A DNA stretch of 64,000 bases from an uncultured Gemmataceae bacterium (lineage in GTDB: Bacteria > Planctomycetota > Planctomycetia > Gemmatales > Gemmataceae): NCBI GenBank assembly GCA_963750165.1, contig CAVVPN010000012.1, positions 128,001 through 192,000 on the forward strand, in the 5' to 3' direction. Positions within the stretch are counted from its first letter, which is position 1. Each line of letters opens with the position of its first letter. The notes below the pieces were generated by a model. It saw only the letters and a program-made list of their open reading frames with translations, was not told the origin of the DNA and did no database searches. A program made the position numbers and the translations under genes. Positions 1 through 10,265 of this stretch are shown here, one piece after another.

Positions 1-1028
1 TCCGCCTGGGCGTAGGTGATGGCCGTGCCGCTCACCATCGTCAGGCTGGTCGTGTTGACGGGCGAGTGGGAATCACTGCTGAGCTGCTGGCGGGAGGAGC
101 CGTCCGTGAAATTCTGAGTGAAGGGGGCGGGCTCGGCGAATTGATAGGAACCGCGCGTGGAGCCGCCCAGCTCATTACTGGTATTGACCAGGTTGTTACC
201 GTTGCCGCTCAGGTCGGTAATGATGCCGTAGTTCGGGTTGGTGTTGAGGTTATCGGAGGCGTTGAAGCTCCAGTAGGCGCTCGGCGAAGGGATGCCAGTG
301 TCGCCGAGATCGAGCGAGAAGGTCTTGGAACCGGACAGCGTGGCGTAGTCGAGCACCGGCACGGTGACCTGCTGCGGCGTGGTGACGCCGTCGGCCCAAC
401 TCAGAGTTCCGGTAGTGGTCGTGTAGTCGGTGCCGGCCACGGCGGTGCCGTCGAGGGTCTGATAGGGCACGTTCAGCGCCCCATAGCTGCCGTCCTGGCG
501 GGCGACGGTGATGACAACGTTGTTGTTGGTGACGCTCGGCACGATGGAAGTAATCACGGGCAGGCCCGGCGCGGTGTCCGTGATGTTCAGCGTCGCCGCG
601 GAGGTGCCGAGGGTGTCGCCGCCGACCGGGTTGCTCAGGGTCAGGTTGAGGTAGCGGCCGTTGGGGTGATCCACGAGCGTATCGACGATGTTGAAGCTGA
701 ACGACTGGCTGGTGGCGTTGGCCGCGAAGCTCAGCGTACCGCTCAGCGCCATGCCGGGCGAGTTGCCGGAGCCGAGGCGCGAATAGTCCGTCCCCAGGAT
801 GGCCGTGCCATCGGCGATGGCGTAGTTGATGGTCTCGGTGTTGGAGAGGTCGGCACCGCTACGGGTAACGTTGACGGTGTACGCGCCAACATTTTCGGGC
901 GTGGTGAACGACGACGCGGTGAAGCCGATGGTTCCGGCCGGACATTCACGGCCTTCGAGTTGCTCCAGCAGGGGCCGAAAAGCCCGACGAAGAAGGCGGC
1001 GCAAGCGGTTCTGCGGTTTCATGTGCAT
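1..1028 (-). CDS. Calx-beta domain surface/secreted protein with planctomycete LEPRxLL-type leader (5' part; continues beyond window start)
   Basis: Manual translation of the minus strand from ATG 1028 gives MHMKPQNRLRRLLRRAFRPLLEQLEGRECPAGTIGFTASSFTTPENVGAYTVNVTRSG...INYAIADGTAILGTDY. A second repeat follows (VTVARQDGSYGALNVPYQTLDGTAVAGTDY). Absent from the ORF track, consistent with no stop before the window edge. Confidence 0.8.
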   Translation of the reverse strand, partial: MHMKPQNRLRRLLRRAFRPLLEQLEGRECPAGTIGFTASSFTTPENVGAYTVNVTRSGADLSNTETINYAIADGTAILGTDYSRLGSGNSPGMALSGTLSFAANATSQSFSFNIVDTLVDHPNGRYLNLTLSNPVGGDTLGTSAATLNITDTAPGLPVITSIVPSVTNNNVVITVARQDGSYGALNVPYQTLDGTAVAGTDYTTTTGTLSWADGVTTPQQVTVPVLDYATLSGSKTFSLDLGDTGIPSPSAYWSFNASDNLNTNPNYGIITDLSGNGNNLVNTSNELGGSTRGSYQFAEPAPFTQNFTDGSSRQQLSSDSHSPVNTTSLTMVSGTAITYAQA

Positions 1029-1190
1029 CGCTCCCGAAAAAAACATCCTGCCTGGCACGGAACGGAGGCGAACAAACCGGGACGGTTTCCTACGCGATGG
1101 GCGCGAGCGAGGTCGAGGTGGACGCAGGTCCATTAATCCGGAGGGTTGGGTAAACTTGTGGCGAGTGTAAAGATAGGACAGTCGGGAATA

Positions 1191-1228
1191 AAGGATTAAT
1201 AGCGCAAATACTTTGATTTGTTGCGCAA
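1191..1228. promoter_or_regulatory. Conserved 38-bp upstream motif, copy A (AGCGCAA...TTGCGCAA)
   Basis: 31/38 identical (manual count) to 3083-3120; both lie upstream of minus-strand genes. Confidence 0.6.
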
Positions 1229-1328
1229 AGACATAACCAACATTAAGATGCGGTGTGGACCCGTTGAACGAATCGTTTAGAAACGGTGATGGGTTGATCC
1301 CGATGTGTTTTGCGGGAAGCCTGTAATC

Positions 1329-1437
1329 CAGGGGTGTAAACCCTGTCTCAAAAGTTTACACCCCGTAGCCAGGGTTTACACTCCTGCTCGTGAGAGTTTG
1401 GAAGGGAGCTGAACTCGTGAGAGTTCAGCTACGAGCA
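1329..1437. repeat. Clustered inverted repeats and hairpin
   Basis: CAGGGGTGTAAACCCTG (1329-1345) can pair with GTTTACACCCC (1354-1364) or CAGGGTTTACACTCCTG (1370-1386). Hairpin AGCTGAACTC-GTGA-GAGTTCAGCT at 1407-1430. Confidence 0.7.
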
Positions 1438-1455
1438 TCCCAACAACGCACTGCA

Positions 1456-1917
1456 TTAATTGGCGGGTTGCATGTCGATGTCGAAAGTGGCTCCTTCGGG
1501 GGGCAGTTCCAGCTTGAGTCCGCTGGTCTTCGCGTCGCGATATTTCAGGGGGATCTGGGGGAAGGCAATCAGCGCGGGCGGCCCCTTGTGGCGGTTCTTC
1601 TCGATGAACTCCGGCGACGGCATCAGGGGCGGCGGCAGCACCGCGACGGCGTAGGTGCCGGGGGGCAGGCCGTAGCCCCCGGCCATCTCCACGCGGTAGT
1701 CACCGGCCTCGTTGAGCTTGGCGAGGATGTAGATGCCAGCCGTGGCGTCCTGGAACAGCACTTTCGCGCTGGGCGGGATGGGTTTGCCCTGGTACGTGAC
1801 GCGGCCCTTGACCTCGGCAAGCCGCTTGCCGCTGCCGCACCCCGCCAGCAGGACCACCAGGACCAGCGCCGCCAGGACGGGCAGCCGCCAGCGACCGGCC
1901 GAGGAGTACAAGCGCAT
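1456..1917 (-). CDS. Lipoprotein, carboxypeptidase-regulatory-like domain (usual DUF1559 partner)
   Basis: Lipobox LLAGC; VKGRVTYQGKP and IPLKYRDAKTSGLKLEL motifs; directly downstream of DUF1559. Alternative start at 1935. Confidence 0.8.
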   Translation of the reverse strand: MRLYSSAGRWRLPVLAALVLVVLLAGCGSGKRLAEVKGRVTYQGKPIPPSAKVLFQDATAGIYILAKLNEAGDYRVEMAGGYGLPPGTYAVAVLPPPLMPSPEFIEKNRHKGPPALIAFPQIPLKYRDAKTSGLKLELPPEGATFDIDMQPAN

Positions 1918-1960
1918 GAGCGGACTCCCTGTCATCCTGGGCGAGCCAGACCCGCCGGCA

Positions 1961-2977
1961 TCAGAAATCACCCACGGAGACGACCTTACCGTCGCTCCGG
2001 TCGGCCAGGGCATACAGCGTCTGCAGGTTGAAGTCCACGGTCAAATACCGCACCGACCCGTCGCACAGCAGCACGTTGGCGCCGTTGGGGTGGATCGACT
2101 GAATGGGCGAGTTGGGACTCGGCACCCCCAGACCGGTCGAGGATTTGAAGCCGATGGGGTACAGCACCGTCGTCACCTGGGTGGTCATCGGGCCGGCCCA
2201 GTCGGCGCAGCAATTGCCCATGGTGAACATCTGATCGTTGGTGCCGGCCCGGCAGTCCGTCTGGTTGCCGGCCCCGTCGCTGCACCAGTCGGATTGTTCC
2301 ACGACGGCCAGGGTGTTGGAGAGGCCGTCGGTGATCTGCCGAAACGCGATCTGGCCCGGAGTGGGGTGGAAGGCCTGTTGCACCGAACCGTCGCCGTATC
2401 CTTTCAGCCCGTCGGTGATGACATCGAGCATCACGCCGCCCAGGGACTTGACGATCTGGGGGTAGGCCAGGTTGCTGTAGGTGTCGCTGGCCTGGACCGA
2501 GCCCATGACGCCAGCGTAATCGGACATCATGTACTGAGGCCCTGTCCCGCGGTTCCCCCAGCGCGGCAGCGGGCTGGCCGGGCACTGGAAGGCGGATACC
2601 TGGACTCCATTCAGCAGTTGCGTGTTGAAGGGGTTGTTGTACGGGCTGCCCTGCTCGATGTACGTGAAGTTGTAATTGTTCCAGATGTTGTCCTGTTCCA
2701 GGTAGGGCAGCAGATAGAGCCGCCAGCAGTTGCCGTGGTAGCGATACCAGGGGTACGCATTACCGGGCGGCAGGACCTTCTTGGCGTCGTGATGGCAGTG
2801 CAGGGCCAGGCCGATCTGGTGCAGGTTGTTGCCACACTGGATGCGGGCGGCGGCCTCGCGAATCTTCTGCACGGCGGGCAACAGCAGCCCGATCAGCACC
2901 CCGATGATCGCGATCACCACGAGCAGCTCAATGAGCGTAAAGGCTCCTCTGGTTTGTCTCCGCGACGGCGGCGTCAT
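1961..2977 (-). CDS. DUF1559 (SBP_bac_10) prepilin-type N-terminal cleavage protein
   Basis: [72 protein letters not shown] (H-X9-DG motif). Confidence 0.95.
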   Translation of the reverse strand: MTPPSRRQTRGAFTLIELLVVIAIIGVLIGLLLPAVQKIREAAARIQCGNNLHQIGLALHCHHDAKKVLPPGNAYPWYRYHGNCWRLYLLPYLEQDNIWNNYNFTYIEQGSPYNNPFNTQLLNGVQVSAFQCPASPLPRWGNRGTGPQYMMSDYAGVMGSVQASDTYSNLAYPQIVKSLGGVMLDVITDGLKGYGDGSVQQAFHPTPGQIAFRQITDGLSNTLAVVEQSDWCSDGAGNQTDCRAGTNDQMFTMGNCCADWAGPMTTQVTTVLYPIGFKSSTGLGVPSPNSPIQSIHPNGANVLLCDGSVRYLTVDFNLQTLYALADRSDGKVVSVGDF

Positions 2978-3082
2978 CGGCTTGGTCCTCTCCCCACGGG
3001 CTCCGGGCGGTTGCGGCCAGGTGTGGACCCGGTGACTGCCCGGATTTTGATGGGATTGTAAATGGGCGGAAAGGGTGTGCTC

Positions 3083-3120
3083 AAGGATAATTAGCGCAAA
3101 TCGTTTGACCCGTTGCGCAA
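3083..3120. promoter_or_regulatory. Conserved 38-bp upstream motif, copy B
   Basis: Matches 1191-1228; contains the perfect palindrome TTGCGCAA. Confidence 0.6.
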
Positions 3121-3177
3121 GTTCAATGCAATCATGGACGAGGCCACCGACCGAGTGGTGAGCCACGGCGACGCGCG

Positions 3178-3339
3178 GTCGATCAGCCCCCGCGGCACGG
3201 CCCGCCCCCGGGTGGCGCCGGGTTGCACAGCAAGGAGGCCAAGGGGGCCAAGGGGGCCATCTTTTTCATACGTCGAGATTCGGCACCCCTGGAGGCGTCG
3301 GGCGTTGCCAGTCCTTGTCAGGGGCTCAAGCGGAGCAAG
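3178..3339 (+). repeat. Dispersed repeat family, copy 1 (three CAAGGRGGC nonamers)
   Basis: 3211-3334 matches 14440-14563 at 118/124 (manual count); weaker similarity extends to 3178 and 14408. Confidence 0.9.
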
Positions 3340-3572
3340 GGCTCCTGGGGCTGCGCAAGCCGCTCGCCACGGTTGAGCGGCCTGTTGCTCGGAACGGGTT
3401 TCTGACGATCCGTTCGTCCATTGTCCCGCCTTTTTCCGGCTTTTTCCAAGCCTTCCGAGCCCTCCTACCGACACGCGCTGGTTTTTCGCACGATGGGCAC
3501 GGAGACTGCATCGAGCTTCGTTAGCCTCCAACCCCAGGCCATCAGATCGTCCGAAACAGGAGCACTTCTCCG

Positions 3573-4682
3573 ATGGAGTCAGGTAAACCGCCCCGAGTTG
3601 TCGTCGTCACTGGTGCCTCGGCCGGGGTCGGCCGGGCCACGGTTCGTGCCTTCGCCCGGGAGGGGGCGCACCTCGGCTTGCTGGCCCGCGGCCGGGCGGG
3701 GCTGGCGGGGGCCCGCCACGACGCCGAGTCCCTCGGCGGCAAGGCGCTGGAACTGCCAACCGACGTGGCCGACGCCGACCAGGTCGAGAAGGCCGCCGCC
3801 GCTGTTGAGAACGCCTTCGGTCCCATTGATGTCTGGGTGAACGACGCCATGTGTTCGGTCTTCGCGCCCGTCAAGGAAATGACGCCGGCCGACTACAAGC
3901 GCGTCCTGGAAGTGACGTTCCTGGGCTACGTTCATGGCACCCTGTCGGCCCTGCGCCGCATGTTACCGCGCGATCACGGCATGATTATCCAGGTGGGCTC
4001 GGCCCTGGCCTACCGCGGTATCCCGCTGCAGTCGGCCTACTGCGCCGCCAAGCACGCCATCCAGGGCTTCAACGACTCGCTCCGCTCCGAGCTGATCCAC
4101 GACCGGAGCAACGTCAAGGTCACCATGCTGCAAATGCCGGCACTGAACACCCCGCAGTTCGACTGGGTCAAGTCGCGGTTGCCGCGCAAGCCGCAACCGG
4201 TGCCGCCGATCTACCAGCCCGAGGTGGCTGCCGAGGCCATCCTCTACGCCTCGCATCACTACCGTCGCGAGTGGTACATCGGCGGCTCCACGGCAGTGTT
4301 CGTCACCGGCAACAAGATCGCCCCGGGTCTGGGCGACTGGTATCTGGGGCACCAGGGCTACCAGTCGCAGCAGTACGACGGGCACGTGTCGCCCGACCGC
4401 CGGGACAACCTGTACGAACCCGTGGACGACGACCACGACCACGGCGCCCACGGCGACTTCGACTCTCGGGCCAAGGACCACAGCTATCAGGTGTGGGCCG
4501 ACCAGCGGCGCGACCTGATTGCCCTGACGGGACTGGCCGGCGGCGCCCTGGACGCCCTGTGCAGTGGTGTCGGCAAGTTCTGGCGCGGCGGCCTGGTCGG
4601 GCTGGGTTTAGGCACTCTGGCGGCCATCGGGCTGGGGGCACTGGCCCAACGGGAGCGGCAGGAGCAGAGCGAACGGCAGTGA
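3573..4682 (+). CDS. SDR family oxidoreductase with hydrophobic C-terminal tail
   Basis: VVVVTGASAGVG (TGxxxGxG); YCAAK (YxxxK). Confidence 0.92.
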   Translation: MESGKPPRVVVVTGASAGVGRATVRAFAREGAHLGLLARGRAGLAGARHDAESLGGKALELPTDVADADQVEKAAAAVENAFGPIDVWVNDAMCSVFAPVKEMTPADYKRVLEVTFLGYVHGTLSALRRMLPRDHGMIIQVGSALAYRGIPLQSAYCAAKHAIQGFNDSLRSELIHDRSNVKVTMLQMPALNTPQFDWVKSRLPRKPQPVPPIYQPEVAAEAILYASHHYRREWYIGGSTAVFVTGNKIAPGLGDWYLGHQGYQSQQYDGHVSPDRRDNLYEPVDDDHDHGAHGDFDSRAKDHSYQVWADQRRDLIALTGLAGGALDALCSGVGKFWRGGLVGLGLGTLAAIGLGALAQRERQEQSERQ

Positions 4683-4702
4683 GTTCGGGAGAGGTGGTTC
4701 TC

Positions 4703-7279
4703 ATGAAGGCAGGCTCAGGCAATGCCCCCGGCGCTCCGGGGATGTCCCCTCGCTGGGCGGTGGGCGAGAAGACAGGTGTCGGCACGGCCATCAGCCATCA
4801 CAGTAACGTGTGGTTCACCATCAGCCGTGGCATCCTGACCGAGGTGTTCTACCCTGACGTGGACTGCGCCTGCATCCGAGACCTGGGGCTGTTGGTGACC
4901 GACCGCCGTCACTTCTTCTCCGAGGAACAGCGCGACACCGACTCGGAAGTGAAGTACCTGGAGCCTGGGGTGCCGGCCTTCCGCCTGACCAACACCTGCA
5001 AGCAGGGCCGCTACCGCCTCGCGAAGACGGTCTTCGCGGATCCCAACCGATCCGCCGTCCTGCAGGTGATCGACTTCACACCCCTGAAGGGCAAGCGGGA
5101 GGACTACGCGGTCTTCGCGCTACTGAACCCCCACCTGAACAACCGCGGGGCGAACAACACTGCCTGGGTGGGGGACTACAAGGGTATGCCCATGCTGTTC
5201 GCGTGCGCGGACGAGATGGCCCTGGCCCTGGCCTGCACTCGGCCATGGCGGCGGCGCTCTGTGGGCTTCGTCGGTGTCTCGGACGGCTGGCAGGACGTTT
5301 CCCGCCACGGCGAAATGCACTGGGCCTACGACCGGGCTGAGCACGGCAACGTGGCCCTCACCGGCGAGATCGACCTGGGCACGAAGGCGCAGCCGTTTGT
5401 GCTGGTGCTGGCCTTTGGCCGCAACCACGCTGAGGCGGGCCACCGAGCGCGGGCCGCCCTGCTCCAGGATGCGGACGAGGCCCTCCAGAGTTATGTCAAG
5501 GACTGGCGGGACTGGCAGCAGGGCCTGACCGACCTGGGGGACACGAAGGACTCGGGCTCGGGACTGTACCGCGTCAGCACCACGGTGATGCGCGTCCACG
5601 AGGGCAAGCGCTTCCCCGGCAGTCTCGTTGCCAGTCTCGCCACGCCCTGGGGGTCAGTCCACGGCGATGACGACAGGGGCTATCACCTGGTCTGGCCGCG
5701 GGACATGATTGAGACGGTCGGCGGTCTGCTCGCAGCGCGCAAGCACGTGGACGCCCGACGGGTGCTGTTTTACTTCCGGGTCACCCAGGACGCGGACGGT
5801 CACTGGCCGCAGAACATGGCGGTGGACGGTGTGGCACACTGGGACGGCATCCAGCTGGATGAAACCGCTTACGTCATCCTGCTGGTGGACATGGCCCGCC
5901 GCGAGCGCGCCCTGGACGACGGACAGGTGGCTGAGTTCTGGCCGATGGTCCGCCAGGCGACGGGCTACCTGGTCCGCGAAGGACCAGTGACGCCGATGGA
6001 TCGCTGGGAGGAGCAGGCTGGTTACTTCGCCTCGACCATGGCCGTGCAGGTTGCCGCCCTGCTGGCCGCCGCCGACCTCGCCGACCTCCACGGCGAGTCC
6101 GACCTGGCCGAGTACCTGCGCGAGACGGCCGACGCCTGGAACGACACCATCGACCGGCTCATCTATGCGACGGACACGGACCTGGCACGCCGGACAGGGG
6201 TGGAAGGCTACTACGTCCGCTTCGCCCGTCCCGACCAGCTGCAGGCAGACACGCCGGCGCACGGCTGGGCGGACCTCAAGAATCACGCCAATGGCCAGGG
6301 CTGGGTAGCGCTGTCCGAGGTCGTCAGCCCGGACGCGCTGCTGCTGGTGCGCTTCGGCCTGCGCGCCGCCGACGACCCGCGCGTGCTCAACACAGTCAAG
6401 GTGATCGACCAGACGTTGCGCGTGGAGTTGCCCGGCGGCCCGTGCTGGCACCGCTACAGTCACGACGGCTACGGCGAACACGCGGACGGCTCCCCCTTCA
6501 ACGGCACCGGCATCGGCCGCGTCTGGCCACTGCTCACGGGCGAGCGCGCTCACTACGAACTGGCAGCCGGCCGGCGCGAGGAGGCGGAACGGCTCCGACA
6601 CACTCTGGAGTCCTTCGCCAACGATGGGAAGTTGCTGTCGGAGCAACTCTGGGACGCCCCTGACATCGCGGACAGGGGGCTGTACCTCGGCAAGCCCACC
6701 GGTTCGGCCACGCCTCTGGTGTGGGCCCACGCCGAGTACGTCAAGCTGCGCCGCTCCCTGCACGACGGCCGTGTCTTTGACACGCCGCCGCAGACGGTGG
6801 AGCGCTATTTGCAGGAAAAAATTCAGTCCCCGCATGTGTGCTGGCGCTTCCGACAGGGCTGCCGGGCAGTGCCGACCGGCAAAGTGCTGCGGTTGGAGGT
6901 GCTGGAGCGGGCCCTGATCCGCTGGACCACCGACGGCTGGAAAACCGTCCGGGAAACACCGACACGGCCGACGGGCCTGGGCATCCACCTGGTGGACCTG
7001 CCGACCGCCGACCTCGCCGCCGGGACACAGGTGGAGTTCACGTTCCTGTGGCTGGGGACGGGTCACTGGGAGGGGCGCAATTTTCAGGTGACAGTCCAGC
7101 CCGGCGCCCCGCGCCCCCCAACACCAGGTCATCCGGCAAAAATGGGTCGGCGGGCAAGGACGGGCGAACCGCGGCCGCGCCGCCCCGGAAAGGGTCGGGC
7201 CGCAAGACGAAGGGCGGTTAACGCGCAGCGCGCCCCGCCAGGCCGCGAGCGGCAGACAGAAGGATTGGTTCATAGATAA
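4703..7279 (+). CDS. Glucan 1,4-alpha-glucosidase (glucodextranase-N plus GH15 glucoamylase)
   Basis: KTGVGTA...VWFTISRGILTEVFYP; GYHLVWPRD; DRWEE; SATPLVWAHAEY. Start chosen at ATG 4703. The Arg/Pro-rich tail may be an artefact. Confidence 0.9.
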   Translation: MKAGSGNAPGAPGMSPRWAVGEKTGVGTAISHHSNVWFTISRGILTEVFYPDVDCACIRDLGLLVTDRRHFFSEEQRDTDSEVKYLEPGVPAFRLTNTCKQGRYRLAKTVFADPNRSAVLQVIDFTPLKGKREDYAVFALLNPHLNNRGANNTAWVGDYKGMPMLFACADEMALALACTRPWRRRSVGFVGVSDGWQDVSRHGEMHWAYDRAEHGNVALTGEIDLGTKAQPFVLVLAFGRNHAEAGHRARAALLQDADEALQSYVKDWRDWQQGLTDLGDTKDSGSGLYRVSTTVMRVHEGKRFPGSLVASLATPWGSVHGDDDRGYHLVWPRDMIETVGGLLAARKHVDARRVLFYFRVTQDADGHWPQNMAVDGVAHWDGIQLDETAYVILLVDMARRERALDDGQVAEFWPMVRQATGYLVREGPVTPMDRWEEQAGYFASTMAVQVAALLAAADLADLHGESDLAEYLRETADAWNDTIDRLIYATDTDLARRTGVEGYYVRFARPDQLQADTPAHGWADLKNHANGQGWVALSEVVSPDALLLVRFGLRAADDPRVLNTVKVIDQTLRVELPGGPCWHRYSHDGYGEHADGSPFNGTGIGRVWPLLTGERAHYELAAGRREEAERLRHTLESFANDGKLLSEQLWDAPDIADRGLYLGKPTGSATPLVWAHAEYVKLRRSLHDGRVFDTPPQTVERYLQEKIQSPHVCWRFRQGCRAVPTGKVLRLEVLERALIRWTTDGWKTVRETPTRPTGLGIHLVDLPTADLAAGTQVEFTFLWLGTGHWEGRNFQVTVQPGAPRPPTPGHPAKMGRRARTGEPRPRRPGKGRAARRRAVNAQRAPPGRERQTEGLVHR

Positions 7280-7289
7280 GGAGACTCCG

Positions 7290-9045
7290 ATGGCGAAAAC
7301 GGTGGCGAACCTGTTGATTCAGCGCCTGCTGGACTGGGGCGTGAAGACGGTCTTCGCGTTTCCCGGGGACGGCATTAACGGCATTTTTGAAGCCTGGCGC
7401 GAGAACCAGGACAAGCTGCAATACATCCAGGTACGGCACGAGGAGGCGGCGGCCTTCGCGGCCTGCGGCTACGCCAAGTACACCGGCAACCTCGGTGTGT
7501 GCATGGCCACCTCAGGCCCCGGCGGTATCCATCTGCTCAACGGCCTGTACGATGCCAGGTGCGACGGCCAGCCCGTGCTCGCCATCACCGGTCACACCTT
7601 CCACGATCTGATTGGCACTCACTATCAGCAGGACGTGGACCTGACCAAGCTGTTCATGGACGTGGCCGCCTACAACGAGCGCGTCGCTGGCCCGGCCCAC
7701 GTGGTCAATGTCGTGGACGAGGCCGTCAAGACCGCCCTGAGCCGCCGCACCGTCGCCCACATCAACATCCCCAAAGACATTCAGGACTGGGACTCGGCCG
7801 ACGCGCCGCGCTCCAATGCCAACGTCAAGCACCACAGTGCCAACGTCTTCGCCCCGCCCGAGCCCCTGCCGACGGACGCGGAACTGGATCGGGCGGCGGA
7901 ACTTCTCAACGCCGGCTCCCGTGTGGCGATCCTCGCTGGCCGCGGTTGCCTGGGCGCCCGGGACGAAGTGCTGGCCCTGGCCGAGAAGCTGGGCATCCGA
8001 TCGTCAAGCCGCTGCTCGGCAAGGCGGTGGTGCCGGACGACAGCCCCTACACCACGGGCGGGATCGGCCTGCTCGGCACCGCCCCCTCTCAGGACGTGAT
8101 GAACGACTGTGACACCCTTCTCATTGCCGGCAGCAGCTTCCCGTACCAGGAGTTCTATCCCAAGCCTGGTCAGGCGAAATGTGTGCAGATCGACGTGGAC
8201 CCGGCCCGCATCGGCCTACGCTTCCCGGCCGACATCGGCCTGACGGGCGACTGCAAGCGGGTGCTGGCCGCCCTGCTACCGCGGCTCAAAAAACATAAGG
8301 ACCACGGCTTTTTGCGGCAGGCGCAGAAGGCGATGGAGAGCTGGAATGGGTTGCTCAAGGAACGGGCAACGCGCAGCGACCGGCCGATGAAGCCGCAGGT
8401 GGTCCCCTACCACCTGAACAAGTTCCTGAGCGATGACGCCATCATCTGCAGCGACACGGGCACAGTGACCACGTGGGGGCGCGCTACGTTCAGATGCGGG
8501 GGAACATGATGTATTCCGCGTCGGGCCTGCTGGCGACGATGGGCAACGGCATGCCCTACGCGGTGGCGGCGTCGGTCGCCAACCCGGGACGGCAGGTAGT
8601 GGCCCTGTGCGGTGACGGTGGCTTCACCATGATGATGGGGGAGATGGCCACCCTGGTCAAATACAAGCTCCCGGTCAAGGTCATCATCTTCAAGAACAAC
8701 GTACTCGGGCAGATCAAGTGGGAGCAGATCGTGTTTGAGGGCACCCCACAGTTCGGGGTGCAACTGCAACCCATTGACTTCGCCGGCTACGCCCGCGCCT
8801 GCGGTGCCGCCGGCTACACTCTGGACGACCCGGCCAGGGCTGAGGCAGTGCTGGGCGAGGCGTTCGCCCAGCCAGGACCGGCACTGGTCGAGGCGGTGGT
8901 GGACCCCAACGAACCGCCGATGCCGGGACATGCCACCATGACCCAGGCCCTGCACTTCGCCGAGGCCCTGGCCAGCGGTCAGCAGCGCCAGGGCTGGGAC
9001 ATCATCAAGACCGTTGTCAAGAACACCGTGCGTGAGGTGGTCTGA
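7290..9045 (+). CDS. TPP-dependent pyruvate oxidase/dehydrogenase (PoxB-like); two apparent frameshifts (~7995, ~8480)
   Basis: PGDGING, VRHEEAAAFAA, ATSGPGGIHLLNGLYDA, GDGGFTM...NN. Pieces lie in ORFs 7290..8099, 7499..8509 and 8473..9045. Confidence 0.88.
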
Positions 9046-9143
9046 GTGGTAGGTCGGAGCCCGAGCGCCAGCGCGGGGCAACCCAGGCCCCGCGCTGGCG
9101 CTCAGGCTCCGACCAGAAACCTGGTCGCCCGGAAGAGACAGTC

Positions 9144-10265
9144 ATGGCGAGCATCAGCGCCCACACGCAGGCGGCGGTCGAACAGCTATCGGTCACCGCG
9201 TACAAGATCCCGACCGACGCCCCGGAGGCGGACGGCACCTACGCCTGGGACAGCACCACGTTGGTGGTGGTGGAGGTGGCCGGCGGCGGTGAACGCGGCC
9301 TCGGTTACACCTACGCCGACACCGCCACCGCCCACCTGATTGACGACCTGCTCGCGAGTGTCATCAAGGGGACCGATCCGCTGGACGTGCCGGCCACCTG
9401 GAACGCCATGACCCGGGCCATCCGCAACCTGGGCCGGCCGGGCATCTGCTCCCTGGCCATCTCCGCCGTGGACGCCGCCCTGTGGGACCTCAAGGGTCGG
9501 CTGCTCGGACAGTCGGTACTCAACCTGCTCGGGGCGGCGCACGACAGTGCCCCCGTGTACGGCAGCGGCGGGTTCACCAGTTACTCGTTCGACCAGCTCA
9601 CCCGGCAACTCGGCGGCTGGGTGGAACAGGGCATCCCACGGGTGAAGATGAAGATCGGCACCCAGCCGGAGGACGACCTGGACCGCGTTCACGCCGCCCG
9701 GGAAGCCATCGGCGACGACACCGAGTTGTTCGTGGACGCCAACGGTGCCTACAGCCGGAAGCAAGCCCTGGCCTTCGCCGAGGAGTTCGCCGACCTGGGC
9801 GTGACCTGGTTCGAGGAGCCGGTGTCCGCCGATGACCTGGACGGGCTTCGGCTGCTGCGCGACCGGGGACCGGCCGGCATGGACATCGCCGCGGGAGAGT
9901 ACGGTTACGATCTTTGGTACTTCCGGCGCATGCTGGAGGCCGGGGCCGTGGACGTGTTGCAGGCGGACGCCACACGCTGCGGCGGCATCACTGGCTTCCT
10001 GAATGTGGCCCCCCTGTGCCAGGCTCGCTCCCTGGAACTGTCGGCCCACTGCGCCCCGACCCTGCACGCCCAGCCCTGCTGTGCCATCCTGCCTCTGCGG
10101 CACATCGAGTACTTTCACGACCACGCCCGCATCGAACACCTGCTGTTCGACGGCGCTCTCACACCGCGGGACGGTGCCCTGTGGCCCGACCGCAGCCGTC
10201 CCGGTCTCGGTCTGGAATTCAAACATGACGACGCTGCCCAGTATCTCGTCTGGAGGAGCGAGTAA
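9144..10265 (+). CDS. Mandelate racemase/muconate lactonizing enzyme (enolase superfamily)
   Basis: ISAVDAALWDLKG, KMKIG, VDANG, WFEEP, AAGE. Confidence 0.9.
   Translation: MASISAHTQAAVEQLSVTAYKIPTDAPEADGTYAWDSTTLVVVEVAGGGERGLGYTYADTATAHLIDDLLASVIKGTDPLDVPATWNAMTRAIRNLGRPGICSLAISAVDAALWDLKGRLLGQSVLNLLGAAHDSAPVYGSGGFTSYSFDQLTRQLGGWVEQGIPRVKMKIGTQPEDDLDRVHAAREAIGDDTELFVDANGAYSRKQALAFAEEFADLGVTWFEEPVSADDLDGLRLLRDRGPAGMDIAAGEYGYDLWYFRRMLEAGAVDVLQADATRCGGITGFLNVAPLCQARSLELSAHCAPTLHAQPCCAILPLRHIEYFHDHARIEHLLFDGALTPRDGALWPDRSRPGLGLEFKHDDAAQYLVWRSE

Noticed and set aside
3223..3405. Repeat-encoded peptides ([11 protein letters not shown] / [11 protein letters not shown])
   Set aside because: No SD or consistent start and stop across copies; treated as a non-coding repeat.
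3851..4702. N-terminal 284-aa extension of the GH15 ORF
   Set aside because: It overlaps the SDR in another frame; ATG 4703 with an upstream GAGG is the plausible start.
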